Below are positions 46,736-57,136 of a stretch of DNA of 58,196 nucleotides, piece by piece (the first letter of the stretch is position 1; each line of letters starts with the position of its first letter). The stretch comes from a virus (taxonomy: Duplodnaviria > Caudoviricetes): positions 1 to 58,196 of IMG/VR virus record IMGVR_UViG_3300027973_000066; one strand, given 5' to 3'. The notes beneath the pieces were generated by a model. It worked only from the letters and a program-made list of their open reading frames with translations, was not told the DNA's origin and made no database searches. Position numbers and translations under genes: made by a program.

Positions 46736-47023
46736 ATGACCGACCAGGAACGCGCCAAGAAGCTCTTCGGCAACGCCATTGGCTCCCACGGCGTCGATAG
46801 CTACGACTATCACTACCACCGCGATGAGCCCTTCGTGTTTGACCGCGAGATGGAAGAGCGCGGCAAAACTTGGCCCGGCGTCATTGAGGCTTCCGAAAGG
46901 CTGAACCAGCTTATTGATGAGTGCTCGTGGAAGCGGATCCCGAACAAGTGCATTCAGGATGAGATCCTGCGCGAAATGGACAGCCTGACCAAGTACATTG
47001 AACGGGCATACTACCTTGCGTAA
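46736..47023 (+). CDS. Hypothetical early protein
   Basis: GAGGAG RBS before MTDQE. Confidence 0.7.
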   Translation: MTDQERAKKLFGNAIGSHGVDSYDYHYHRDEPFVFDREMEERGKTWPGVIEASERLNQLIDECSWKRIPNKCIQDEILREMDSLTKYIERAYYLA

Positions 47024-47258
47024 GTCCGATTCATCCAAAGGGCATGCTGCCTTGCATAAGCCCCTTTTCACCCCAGGCTCTCAGGTGCCCTATGTGGCAC
47101 CTGAGTGGATTGACGCACACTGCTCGCCGGCAGTGTTGCGTGGCAGGCTCCAGGCCAATCTGGAAATCGCCCAGCAGGCAGGCCCTGACAGCCTAGAGCG
47201 CTTCAATTGCCTTAAGCGTGTCGCCCATTTGGAGAAGCTGCTTCAGACCAAAGTTTGA
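46998..47258 (+). CDS. Hypothetical protein (start uncertain)
   Basis: Last plus-strand ORF; overlaps the endolysin 3' end convergently. Confidence 0.45.
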   Translation: MNGHTTLRKSDSSKGHAALHKPLFTPGSQVPYVAPEWIDAHCSPAVLRGRLQANLEIAQQAGPDSLERFNCLKRVAHLEKLLQTKV

Positions 47259-47764
47259 GCAAACTTCTCCATCTCAATCACACGTTTAGTCCAGCCGTTG
47301 CCAAACACCTTGAAGGTCGGAAGATCTTCAAGGAAATCCATGCGCTCATTCTGGTACATGGCGATGCAAGTTTTAGGCCCGTAATAGCCCCACCAGCTTG
47401 CTACAGCGGCCAGGGTCTTGGGCCCCACATCACCATCAGGCTTGGCCCCCACAAGCTCCTGTAGCGCCCTCACAGCGCGCCCTGGGCCACTGTTCACGGC
47501 CCAGTCGAACACACAGACATCCAGGCCGCTGGGTAGGTCATCGCATTCGCATTTATCCCAGTAGTTCCGGCAGTAGATCGCCAGGAGATGCTCGTCAGGG
47601 ATGGCCTTAAGCTCCTCCACCGTGGCCTGCCGGCCAAGGTGGGCGCTGTAGGTCTTCAACGTCACGCCCTTCATGGTGGCCCCGCCAGGGTCGAGGGGGT
47701 GGTCAGAAAACCCGCCCTCCATGCTGACGGTCTTGCGGAAGGCCTTCTCGAAATTTTCGTTCAT
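47243..47764 (-). CDS. Endolysin, glycoside hydrolase family 108 with peptidoglycan-binding domain
   Basis: EGG..DHP.DPGGAT..GVT, FD.AVNSG, LQ..VG...DG.VGPKT and FG.GW..RV motifs. Confidence 0.92.
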   Translation of the reverse strand: MNENFEKAFRKTVSMEGGFSDHPLDPGGATMKGVTLKTYSAHLGRQATVEELKAIPDEHLLAIYCRNYWDKCECDDLPSGLDVCVFDWAVNSGPGRAVRALQELVGAKPDGDVGPKTLAAVASWWGYYGPKTCIAMYQNERMDFLEDLPTFKVFGNGWTKRVIEMEKFAQTLV

Positions 47765-48906
47765 CAGCCTCGAGCCTCAAGAGCGTCCACCTTAGCCTTC
47801 AACTCGTTTACCGCATTCACCAGGAGGGCAACCACCGCATCATAGTTAAGCGCCATCAAGCCTGGGCCGTCAGGGTCGTTTGCCGGCGCTGGGCCAGAGA
47901 CACTTACGGCCTCAGGCAGCACGGCAGCAACATCCTGCGCCAGGAGGCCGGCGCTGATGATCGGCTCGCCATTCATCTGAGTGATGTCATTGCGGGTATA
48001 GGTCAGGCCGGTAAGCCGGGCGACCCTTCCGAGGGAGTTTTGGATCCGCTGCTGGTTGTCTTTAATCCTCTTGTCAGAAGCGACAATCCAGCCTGTGGTA
48101 GCAGTTGCGTTGCCGTCATTCCTGAATTGGTATTCAGCAGTAGAAGGATTTCCAACGACAAACCTCGCGCCAGCGTAGGTCGTTCCGTCATTGAAAAACT
48201 GCAAAATGCTTTGGAAGCCACCGGGCGTAGAAATCATGAAGTTGCTAAAATACGGAGGACCGCCGGCTTGCTGCCCATTTAGAACAATATTGCCGCTGGT
48301 TGTTATGGTTCCGGTCGCCGTGACGGCACCACTTGCCGTGATGGCAGCAGCGCTGGTGGCACCTGTCACAGTCAAAGAACCAGCAGTGGCGGCATTCGTG
48401 ACCGTCAGGGCGTTTGCCGTCAGCGTGGTGCCGTTAAAGGTCAGGTTGGCAGAACCAGCGAAGGAGTCGCTGCTGTTGTACTGCACCTGGGTGTTGGTGC
48501 CGCCTGGAGAAGGAGGGGTGGAGATGCTCAACCGCATGCCGGTGGCGCTGCCATCGCAGGAGACAATGGTGCGATAGCCCCTGGGGATGCGGACAGCAGA
48601 TCCGCCGGCAGCAGACACCATGTACACTGAGAAGGTGCTGGTGCCGTTATTCACCGTCCACTGGCCGCCCTTCCCTGAAGGGATGGAGTAGTACACGTCA
48701 GCAGATGGCGTGCCGCTCACATCGATAAAAGGCGGCCTGTACTGCGCTTCAGTCAGCGTGATGGTGCCGCTGGTGCCGGTGGCGTTGATCGATGTCACAC
48801 CGCCAAAGGCAGTGTCGATAAGCGTGAAGTCACTGTTGAGCGGGGTGTTCCAGCTAGCGCTGTTAAACGCGGGAAGCTCCAGGCCCTTGTTCGTGGTGTA
48901 TGACAT
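47764..48906 (-). CDS. Tail fibre with C-terminal S74 intramolecular chaperone
   Basis: SDKRIK...GLLAQDV..VLPEAV...LNY...LLVNAV.EL. Confidence 0.85.
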   Translation of the reverse strand: MSYTTNKGLELPAFNSASWNTPLNSDFTLIDTAFGGVTSINATGTSGTITLTEAQYRPPFIDVSGTPSADVYYSIPSGKGGQWTVNNGTSTFSVYMVSAAGGSAVRIPRGYRTIVSCDGSATGMRLSISTPPSPGGTNTQVQYNSSDSFAGSANLTFNGTTLTANALTVTNAATAGSLTVTGATSAAAITASGAVTATGTITTSGNIVLNGQQAGGPPYFSNFMISTPGGFQSILQFFNDGTTYAGARFVVGNPSTAEYQFRNDGNATATTGWIVASDKRIKDNQQRIQNSLGRVARLTGLTYTRNDITQMNGEPIISAGLLAQDVAAVLPEAVSVSGPAPANDPDGPGLMALNYDAVVALLVNAVNELKAKVDALEARG

Positions 48907-48917
48907 CTATCTCTCCG

Positions 48918-51900
48918 TTAGATCGCTTGATCAGCCAGAGACAGGGCCTTCGCCACCGTCTCGTCCGGCATATCCAGAATAGGCTTCGTGTTGCCGTTAT
49001 GAGCCTTCTTGGCCCGATCGGCAGCATTGATCAACGCCTGCGCCTTCGCCCTGTGGTGGCTTGTTATGCGGCCACCTGAGGCGCGGGTGGCTCTGACTTC
49101 ATATCCGCGCTCAGGTTCATTTGCTTCTGCACCAATGCCTGAATACACAGACATCCTTGCAAGAGCCCGGCTGAGATCAACGTCACTGCCGGTATTCGGG
49201 CGAATTGGGTTTCGCTGCAAAAGCGAGTTGGCCAAATCAGGATTAAGCATGGCTTCGCGGATCAAGCCGTGCATGCTTGTGATGCCAGCCTCTCGGGCAA
49301 GGGCAATCGGGTGATACAGTGCGCCTAATGTACCGCCAATGATACCACCCAACATTGGACTGCCTACTTGATACCCAAAGCCAAGACCTGTTCCAAACCC
49401 TGACAAAGCCCGCGCATGCAATGTTCTGAAAAACTCAAATTTACTGCGGTTGTTTGTATCTTGCCTGCTTTGGGCAAGCATATCTACAGCAGTGTTGGAT
49501 TGCCCAGGCATGCGAGTGGAATTAAGCGACATATCAGAGCGGCGAATATCCGCAGCAATATTGTTAATTGAGTTCAATTCATCTCGGCTAAACACATGAG
49601 ACAATGCTAATTGATTTTGACGTAAAAATCTTTGCAACCTAGCGCCATAAATTTGTGCAGAATTAAGGTTGTTGACATTATCTCCAAATGTTGGAGAAAC
49701 GTAAGTTTCTGTAATATGATCAGCTACGGCGCGGCGCAAACCATCGCGTGCTTCTGGGTTATTAGACACAGTAGACGCAAGTTCGCCTATAAGTTGGCCA
49801 GAATTTCTTTTATTAAGTATATTACCAACTTCTGCTGTTACATTAACGGCGTCAGGATTGTCTCTGTTTATAAATTGCGCCAAGCTATTCCTGGAATTTC
49901 TTTGTGCAACTTCAGCTTGGCGTGCAGCCATTTCAGCGGCGACATTTGACGCCTCTACGGCTCCGCTAAAACGCCGGGAAATTTCTGGAAAAGCGCGAAG
50001 GGCATCTTGGTGTTGGGTTGCCCATCGCTCAAATTTAGCCGGGTCAATAACACCATCTGCACCACGGGCAGCGCGGAGCATGGACATGGTGGCATAGTCC
50101 TGCATCACGCCAATAGCAGCCGCGTCATCTCCTACGGCATTACGAAATGCCATAGCCCGATCATATCCTTTCTGCCCACTTGTAAACATCGTAGTAGCAA
50201 CGGTGGGATCGGGGATTCGGTACTGACCACTAAATCCACCAGTGCGAAGAATTGCCCCAACTGGACCTTGTTGAAAAGTTTGAGCATAGGCGGCGTGAGC
50301 TTTTTTTGCTTCTTCCAAAGCCGCCGAGGCTTCGTCGGTCATATTGGGTATCAATGTCTGTGCGGGCGGCGGCTCTAGGCCCCAAACCTGCCGAAGCCGC
50401 TGTTCCATCGTGAGTTGAGAGCCGCCAGCACCAGGAGGCTGCGCCCTCTCATGTACAATTTGATTTTCAACTGCATTATCAATGGCCGATGCAACAGCCG
50501 TTTTAAGTTGAGAAAGGCGTCCCCAAGCAGTAGAGCGGCCATTTGTACGCATTTCATTAGACATTGCGTCTGTGATGTGGGTGTCTAAATCACGAAGATT
50601 TTGAAAAGATGTTACATCTTCTAGGTTTCTAGTCAATTCACGAATAGTATTCTCAGCGCCTTCAGGTTGTTGTGCCATAGGGCCAAGGTTGCCATAAATT
50701 TCATTGGCTCTAGTGCGTACTGAAGAAGAAACTACGTTTAAGTTTTTTTCTGGGTCTACTGCATCATAAAGATCCTTGCGATTTTCACGCGCTCTTTCTG
50801 CTGCGTTCTCAAGACTATTACGAATTGATGCGCCATAATCTTCTGGAGTTGATTCACCACCAACCCTAGATGCGCGATCAGCCGCTTCAGTACGGGCTCT
50901 TTCAACCGCAGCCATCTCTTGCTGGTCAATTTCATCAAATTGATTTCTGATGAATTTAGACACATCGCGCGGATCGCCAGTTGTTTGAATGTTATTCAAT
51001 GCCTCAACACGCGCTGCATTTTGCGCGCGGCGCACGGCTTCAAACGACTGGTCGCCCATAGCTAGGGCTTGCCCCGCCACAGAACGCTCAAATTGTAGCA
51101 GATTAGGATCTTGAACCACTTGAGGCATGGTCGGTTCCGACCCTGGCACAAGCTCTTGGCGCGGTTCAGCCAGACGCCGCCTTACAGCATTTGGGTCGCT
51201 TGAGTTTTCATAAATTGCTTGGGCAGCGCCGGCATCGCGGCCAGACCGAGTAAATGGGCGCAAATATTCACGGCCAGCTTGTGTTGTTGCGCGAGCGGCA
51301 TTCCAGCCGGCAGCGGTTGCGCCACCAGTAAGGATCTCAGTGGCCATACGCGCCAAAGGGGCCCACGATGCGCCGCCTTGCTCAGGGTTTTCATCTTCAG
51401 CCCTACGGATGGCGCGCTCGGTGATTTCACCGGCCCCAGTCGCGGGCGCAGACAATGCCACATTGGCGGCTGTGGTGCCTGGGGCCAAATTGCCAAATGC
51501 ACGCGAGGCGATGTTATAAGCCTGTGGCGCAAGCCTCTCCAGGCCAGCGCGGCCCAAGCCATACACTTGGCCAGCCATGGTCAGGGCAGAGCCGGCACCG
51601 CTTCCTGCGCCGCGAGCAAAGGCTTCAATATTATTTTCAGGTTGGATGTTTGATGGATTAAGGCCGGGGTCGATGCGGCCAAGCTGGGTTTTAATCCAAT
51701 CAGAACCGAGAGCAGGATTTTCAATCAAAGGGGCATCATACCCAGCAAGTCGAGCGGCACGAGACGGCAAATTCAAAATGCCAGTAGCTAAATCAACAGG
51801 CATTCCAACTGTGTTATACACAGCCTCATTAAATCCAGCAGGAAGCATGCCGGCAATTCGGCCAATCCGCTCAACTGTAGATCGCTCGTAAGGAACCTGG

Positions 51901-52022
51901 GGCTCATTTAGGGCCGCAACAAATGCCTCACGATTGGTTGGCCGATTTGGCCTTTGCTCTTCTTGAGGCTTCAAAGCCTCAATAATTGCGTTTGCGTTAG
52001 GGCGGAAAGGTTCTTCAGGCAT
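48918..52022 (-). CDS. Large putative internal virion / DNA-ejection protein
   Basis: 1034-aa helical protein with Gly/Ala-rich hydrophobic stretches; follows the 1700-aa gene. Confidence 0.7.
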   Translation of the reverse strand: MPEEPFRPNANAIIEALKPQEEQRPNRPTNREAFVAALNEPQVPYERSTVERIGRIAGMLPAGFNEAVYNTVGMPVDLATGILNLPSRAARLAGYDAPLIENPALGSDWIKTQLGRIDPGLNPSNIQPENNIEAFARGAGSGAGSALTMAGQVYGLGRAGLERLAPQAYNIASRAFGNLAPGTTAANVALSAPATGAGEITERAIRRAEDENPEQGGASWAPLARMATEILTGGATAAGWNAARATTQAGREYLRPFTRSGRDAGAAQAIYENSSDPNAVRRRLAEPRQELVPGSEPTMPQVVQDPNLLQFERSVAGQALAMGDQSFEAVRRAQNAARVEALNNIQTTGDPRDVSKFIRNQFDEIDQQEMAAVERARTEAADRASRVGGESTPEDYGASIRNSLENAAERARENRKDLYDAVDPEKNLNVVSSSVRTRANEIYGNLGPMAQQPEGAENTIRELTRNLEDVTSFQNLRDLDTHITDAMSNEMRTNGRSTAWGRLSQLKTAVASAIDNAVENQIVHERAQPPGAGGSQLTMEQRLRQVWGLEPPPAQTLIPNMTDEASAALEEAKKAHAAYAQTFQQGPVGAILRTGGFSGQYRIPDPTVATTMFTSGQKGYDRAMAFRNAVGDDAAAIGVMQDYATMSMLRAARGADGVIDPAKFERWATQHQDALRAFPEISRRFSGAVEASNVAAEMAARQAEVAQRNSRNSLAQFINRDNPDAVNVTAEVGNILNKRNSGQLIGELASTVSNNPEARDGLRRAVADHITETYVSPTFGDNVNNLNSAQIYGARLQRFLRQNQLALSHVFSRDELNSINNIAADIRRSDMSLNSTRMPGQSNTAVDMLAQSRQDTNNRSKFEFFRTLHARALSGFGTGLGFGYQVGSPMLGGIIGGTLGALYHPIALAREAGITSMHGLIREAMLNPDLANSLLQRNPIRPNTGSDVDLSRALARMSVYSGIGAEANEPERGYEVRATRASGGRITSHHRAKAQALINAADRAKKAHNGNTKPILDMPDETVAKALSLADQAI

Positions 52023-55000
52023 TATTGTGTTCCTGTCGAATAGGCTTGTGCGCGATTCAGAACAGTATAAGGGGTTTCTGCATCTAGCCCATTAAAGCGG
52101 AAAACTTGCCCTGGCCGAACATTTGCAAATGCCCTCTGCACTGCCGGCGGAGCATTGTCAGGCATCACATAAGTTTGTCCTGGCACCCAATTGCGCTGGG
52201 CATCTTGTGGAAGTTGCATACCACGAATGTTGCCAACCCTACGCTCTGCTGCCGTTGTAAAGGCCTCGCTTGGGTTTGCCCGTGACCACGCATCATAAAA
52301 TGCAGACGGGCTATTCCAACCTTGCTGCTGCGCCGCTTGCCAATCAGTCTGGAACTGCCTCAAGCGATACAAAGAACTAAGCCCGTTGGTGAGCATTTGA
52401 TAATTTGCTTGAGGAGTATTGGTAATTGACGGCATGCCAGAAGACTGAACTCGGCTAAACTCAGCTTGAGTAAAACGAGAGTTAATAGCGGCTAATTGTT
52501 GAAGAGCAGCATTTAGACCTTCTTTTCCAAGCCATTGCTGGGCATCAACTTGACCTCTATTAATCGCATTGGCAATATCAGGCATACCCAAATCAGCCGC
52601 GTATGCAGCGACAAATCCCGTCATTTCGGAAGTGCGGCCAGATTGGAACAACTGTAGTGCGCGAGCCATAGAATGATAACGCTTAATGGCCTCGTCCATT
52701 ACGGGGCCACTTGTGAGGTAGCTGTTCATATCCGCATCGCGCTCAATTGCCTGTTGAGCAGGGCGGCTAAGCTCCCGAATTTGAGTACCCGGCGGAAGAT
52801 TTTGAGGAATAGGTGATCCGCCACCAGGAGGAGGTGCTGGAAGAGCCGTTGTTACAGCAGCGGTCGCTGGTGCCACCGTGGCAGTAGCAGGGCGCTGTTC
52901 ATTAGCCGCAGGAGAAGGAGCAGCGGCGGGTTGTTGAACAGCCCCTTGAGGCGCAGGCGCTGAACTACCAGAAGGCGGCGCACGGCGTCTTGTTGGCTGA
53001 ACCAAAGTCCCAGTTGCCGGGTCAATGTATGGCGCAAATTCATTTTCCGCTTCAGCGCGAGCGAGTGCCTCTTCCCTAGCACGTTGGGCATCACGCGCTA
53101 TTTGCCGTTGTACAAAAAAGTCATTCTCTGGCCCACCATTAGGGTCTGGAATGGGTGTTTTGCCAGTACGGTATTCCCGTAGTTCATTTCGCAAACGGTC
53201 ACGAGTCGATATTAAATCGGCAGGGATGTTACCTATGCCTAAATTATTGCCAGCAATTTCAATTTCATGCAAAGTGCGATTGAGATCAGCAACTATTGGC
53301 TCCAAGAACCTGTTTGCTTGTGCAAGCGCAGCAGCTTCTTGCGGATTGGCGGGAGGGGCAGCACTAACATCTGGCGTCCCCGTTGCCGCAGGAGGCGCAT
53401 TTGCACCCGCCGTGGGAGCAGCAGGGCGAGCAACAATAGGAGAAGCCCCAGAAGTAACCGCCGGTTGATTACCCCCCCCAGCAGGCGCTGCCTGAGGAGT
53501 GGTTCCACCAGCAGGCGCTGCCTGACCGGCAGCAGGAGCCGCAACGGTTCCTTCAGCGGTTGGGCGCGCTTGCGCGTCAGACATGGCCCTGGCGCTTCTG
53601 CTGCCTGTCATCAAAGCATTGAAGAGTGTAGCGCGCTGTTGGGCGTGCTGTTCAGCGGTAAGCGGCGCACCACCAGTTTGATCAATAAACGCGATGCTGC
53701 CGTCAGGCCTGACAATACGCCTGTAGCGTTGATCGAAATTGTTCAAAACTTGCAGCGCAGCCTGTTGAGAAGCCGTCTCTTCGCGCGTTGCAGCCGTGCG
53801 AGCTTGTTCCTGAGACACTTCAAGCTGGCCACGAGCAACCTGCTGCTCTTCAGCCTTGTTCTGCATTGCAGCGTATTGCTGCGCGCCACCAGCCACGCCC
53901 TGAAGCAGGGCAGAGCCAAGGTAACGGCTGGGCGAAGATGCCATGGCACCAAGGCCGCTTAGAATGGGAACGAACCAATCCTGGTTGCGCTGCAACCAGT
54001 TGCCTTCGCCGCGCTCCCTTGGATAAGTGAAGTTTACACCAGAGCGCTGTTGGCGTTCTGCAACGCGGTTAGAACTTCCGTCGCCACCATCTGCACTAAC
54101 ATTCTGCGCCACAGCAAGTCCAGCCGGTGGTGTAGTGGCAGCCTGAGCCGTTCCATCCAACCCAGCAGGCAGCCTTGCGTTGCGATAATTGTTATCAAAC
54201 TGCTCACGCAGTTGGGCTACAGTCATGTCGCGTAGTTCGGGATTGGCTCTAATAACCTTAGGCCCGACCACAGACGCAACGGATGCGTCAGGCGCAGCGC
54301 CAAGAAGAGAGCTTGCACCACTTCCGCCAAAACGATGCGCCAAGGCCAAAGTGCTGGGAGTTACCGCATAACCAGCAGTACGAAGCACGGGCGCATTTTG
54401 CCCTGCGTACCAGTCTGAGGCGCGGCGAGACATGGCCTCATCGTTTCGCGCTGCCGATACCTGCTCGGGCGTCATGCCTTGGAACAATGATGGGTGGGCC
54501 GCAGTGAAATCACCCCAGGTGGCATCAATAAATTGATGTGGACCACCTGCCGAGCTACGCGGGTTGCGCGCATTTGGCCTGCCGCCACTTTCGCGCTGCC
54601 TTACAATGTCGGAATAATCCCGTGCCTCCTGCGGGGTTAGGCCGCCGGGCGCTGCATTTGCATTAACGGCAGGGGCGTTTTGCTGCTGCGGAACAAGGCC
54701 AGCAGTCACCAGCCTGCGGTTCATGCGAGCATCAAGCTCTTCAGGAGGTATTACTAAACCATCAACAGGAGCCTCTGCCGCAGCCACCCCAGGTTCTTCC
54801 ACAACCGTACCAGCCGTCTGATACCCATGCCGCATGCCGGCAAGCCCGCCGCCGGCAAAGTGCCCACGGTCGGCGGCGTCTTCAGTGGCCTTGCGGTAAT
54901 CAACAGTACGGTATCCGCCGGCAAGGCCAACCGCGCCAGGGTGGTGCTTTTCAACGTCCTGAGCAATCAGGCCGATCTGGGTGGCAGGCTCGCCCTTGTA

Positions 55001-57124
55001 CCGATACCGAACAATATCCTGGCCGTCGAAGGTCTTGCCGATCTTCTCAATGTCGTCCTTCAGGCGGCGGTCGGAGAACGGCAGCATCGCCGCCAATGCG
55101 GCAATACCTTCGCCAGCCCCTGCGGCAGCAGAGCCAAGGGCTTCCGCGCCTTTAATGGCACCACCAATCTGGCCTAAAGTGCCCAGAAGGCCAGGGCCAG
55201 AGCCAGAACCAGACTGGCCAGCGCCAGCAGGCTTTGGCGTAAAGCTATCCATCGCCTTCTTGTTCTTCTCGGCATCGTCATCTTTCAGAACGGCGTCAGG
55301 GATGTAGCCGCCAACCTCAGAGAAGGGCAGGCCGCCCATGGCGTAATGGCCGCGCACGAGGCCGCCCGTGGCACTACCTGGGCCATTACCAAAATCATAA
55401 GAGATTACTTCTGAAAGCGGTTCTGCCCGAGTAACCGGAGCGGAAGTAGTGTTGGCATTGGTGGTTGCCGGCGGTGTCGTTGGCGTATTTTCCCCCCTAA
55501 GCCGGTTAACAGCATTTGCAACGCCACCCTGGCTGGGGTTGTACTCACCACCTCGGCCAATCAAGCCCCGGCCACCCTGTGGGTTTGCCGTAGTAGGTTC
55601 GGACCCAAACAAGGCATTGCTGCCTTCCGTGTATGCGCTACCAATCGAACGAGCGGTATTAAGCCCCTGCATGGCTTGGCCACCAGCCCCAGGCTGTTCA
55701 GCGGCGCGCACCAGTTCAGCACGCATCAGTCCCCGCGAGGGAAGCTGCATCTGTGAAGTGCCGTAAGCGCCGGCCCGACCACCAGACTGGCCATACAGGC
55801 CAGCCTTGCCATAGGGGTACATCCCCTGGTGGGAGTTCAGGATCTCGGCCATCATCGAATTGATGTCTGGCCCGCCACCTCGAGCATAGCCCAGTCCAGA
55901 CATTTCTGCCGCGCCACCAGCGGCAAAACCCATCCCTGCCATCTCTGGCATGACAGCGCCGCCTTCAGACGAATACCCACCAGCCAAACCACCGCCGGCA
56001 AAGTGCCCACGCTCGGCAGCATCGTCAGTGGCCTTGTCATAATCAACGGTGCGATAACCACCAGCCAAGCCCACGGCCTCAGGATGGTGCTTCTCAACAT
56101 CTTGCGCGATCAGACCAATCCGCGTGCCGGGTTCGCCCTTGTACTTGTACCGCACGATGTCCTGGCCATCGAACGTCTTACCGATCTTCTCGATGTCATC
56201 CTTCAGGCGGCGGTCGGAGAAGAACGACTGCGGCGATGTCGTAGAAGCATTGGTGGTCGAGCCAGACAGCGCGCCAGTGCCCATGGCAATGTTTGCCAGG
56301 AACTGCGCGACCTGGAACGGATAGCCCTGGCTTTGCAGGAACTGGTTGTAATCTGCCGTGTTCTTGGCCTGCTGCGTCTGCTGCTGGACAGTGCCAGCGC
56401 CAAGCTGCGCCTGAGCCCCCTGGAGAGCCGCCTGCTGGGCCTGAGTGCCCAGGCCTGCCATACCCTGCCCGTAGCCCTGCCCCATGCTGTACAGGCTCTG
56501 GCCGGCCCCAGCGAGGGCGGCACGGTTAGCCTGAGAGGCTGCAAGCTGCTGCGCCTGCTGCTGCTGGGCTGTTGTAAGGGCCTGCCCGTAGCCCTGGTTC
56601 ATCAAGCCGGCCACAGTCTGGCCGGTGGCCAGTTCCTGCTGCCGCGCGAGGTTGGCCTGGGCGATACGCCCTCGATCTCCACCGAAGGCCCCAGACTTAA
56701 TCTGGTCGCCCAGGATTTGAGACTGCTCCTGCCCCTGCTGCTGGCGCAGGTTGGCCATGGTGGTATCAACCACGCTGCCCAGATAAGGCGACATGTACTG
56801 GTTGATGTTTTGGCCGGTCAGGGCTTCGGGATTGACCGGCATGGCAGAGCCCAAAGCAAGGCCAGAGCCGGCCTGATAGCCGGTATTCATGGCCTGCCCG
56901 GCATTGTTGTAATATGGCGTAGCCATGCCCTGGGCTTGGTTGATGTTTGAAATGCCAGCCTGCTGAGTGCCAGTCAGGGGCGCAACAAACTCACCGCTAT
57001 ATGGCGTAAACGGCTGCTCTGCCGTCCTTTCAGCCCGCGCGTTTACCGAGTTGTATCGCGCCAGGACTTCGGGCGGGATCGACACACTGGATTGCTGTGT
57101 AGTTGTCCCGGTCTTACCACCCAT
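52022..57124 (-). CDS. Putative ejection polyprotein: Gln-rich pilot region, two internal S74 domains, lytic transglycosylase-like domain
   Basis: MGGK..T N-terminus, GAFGG.R, FSDRRLK twice, RESGG...A.N..SSA.G..QF...TW. Confidence 0.8.
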   Translation of the reverse strand: MGGKTGTTTQQSSVSIPPEVLARYNSVNARAERTAEQPFTPYSGEFVAPLTGTQQAGISNINQAQGMATPYYNNAGQAMNTGYQAGSGLALGSAMPVNPEALTGQNINQYMSPYLGSVVDTTMANLRQQQGQEQSQILGDQIKSGAFGGDRGRIAQANLARQQELATGQTVAGLMNQGYGQALTTAQQQQAQQLAASQANRAALAGAGQSLYSMGQGYGQGMAGLGTQAQQAALQGAQAQLGAGTVQQQTQQAKNTADYNQFLQSQGYPFQVAQFLANIAMGTGALSGSTTNASTTSPQSFFSDRRLKDDIEKIGKTFDGQDIVRYKYKGEPGTRIGLIAQDVEKHHPEAVGLAGGYRTVDYDKATDDAAERGHFAGGGLAGGYSSEGGAVMPEMAGMGFAAGGAAEMSGLGYARGGGPDINSMMAEILNSHQGMYPYGKAGLYGQSGGRAGAYGTSQMQLPSRGLMRAELVRAAEQPGAGGQAMQGLNTARSIGSAYTEGSNALFGSEPTTANPQGGRGLIGRGGEYNPSQGGVANAVNRLRGENTPTTPPATTNANTTSAPVTRAEPLSEVISYDFGNGPGSATGGLVRGHYAMGGLPFSEVGGYIPDAVLKDDDAEKNKKAMDSFTPKPAGAGQSGSGSGPGLLGTLGQIGGAIKGAEALGSAAAGAGEGIAALAAMLPFSDRRLKDDIEKIGKTFDGQDIVRYRYKGEPATQIGLIAQDVEKHHPGAVGLAGGYRTVDYRKATEDAADRGHFAGGGLAGMRHGYQTAGTVVEEPGVAAAEAPVDGLVIPPEELDARMNRRLVTAGLVPQQQNAPAVNANAAPGGLTPQEARDYSDIVRQRESGGRPNARNPRSSAGGPHQFIDATWGDFTAAHPSLFQGMTPEQVSAARNDEAMSRRASDWYAGQNAPVLRTAGYAVTPSTLALAHRFGGSGASSLLGAAPDASVASVVGPKVIRANPELRDMTVAQLREQFDNNYRNARLPAGLDGTAQAATTPPAGLAVAQNVSADGGDGSSNRVAERQQRSGVNFTYPRERGEGNWLQRNQDWFVPILSGLGAMASSPSRYLGSALLQGVAGGAQQYAAMQNKAEEQQVARGQLEVSQEQARTAATREETASQQAALQVLNNFDQRYRRIVRPDGSIAFIDQTGGAPLTAEQHAQQRATLFNALMTGSRSARAMSDAQARPTAEGTVAAPAAGQAAPAGGTTPQAAPAGGGNQPAVTSGASPIVARPAAPTAGANAPPAATGTPDVSAAPPANPQEAAALAQANRFLEPIVADLNRTLHEIEIAGNNLGIGNIPADLISTRDRLRNELREYRTGKTPIPDPNGGPENDFFVQRQIARDAQRAREEALARAEAENEFAPYIDPATGTLVQPTRRRAPPSGSSAPAPQGAVQQPAAAPSPAANEQRPATATVAPATAAVTTALPAPPPGGGSPIPQNLPPGTQIRELSRPAQQAIERDADMNSYLTSGPVMDEAIKRYHSMARALQLFQSGRTSEMTGFVAAYAADLGMPDIANAINRGQVDAQQWLGKEGLNAALQQLAAINSRFTQAEFSRVQSSGMPSITNTPQANYQMLTNGLSSLYRLRQFQTDWQAAQQQGWNSPSAFYDAWSRANPSEAFTTAAERRVGNIRGMQLPQDAQRNWVPGQTYVMPDNAPPAVQRAFANVRPGQVFRFNGLDAETPYTVLNRAQAYSTGTQ
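54836..55078 (-). repeat. Second copy of a 243-bp S74-domain repeat
   Basis: Encodes FSDRRLK...GHFAGGGLAG; near-identical in protein to 55979-56221. Confidence 0.85.
55979..56221 (-). repeat. First copy of a 243-bp S74-domain repeat
   Basis: Encodes FSDRRLK...GHFAGGGLAG. Confidence 0.85.
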
Positions 57125-57136
57125 ATCTACATGTCC

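Noticed and set aside
54836-56221. 243-bp repeat pair as a DGR template/variable repeat
   Set aside because: Both copies are in frame in one gene, differences are mostly synonymous and not adenine-specific, and there is no reverse transcriptase.
55829-56950. 373-aa plus-strand ORF, and similar ones at 3525..4487 and 18827..19996
   Set aside because: Antisense to well-supported genes, with no independent coding signal.
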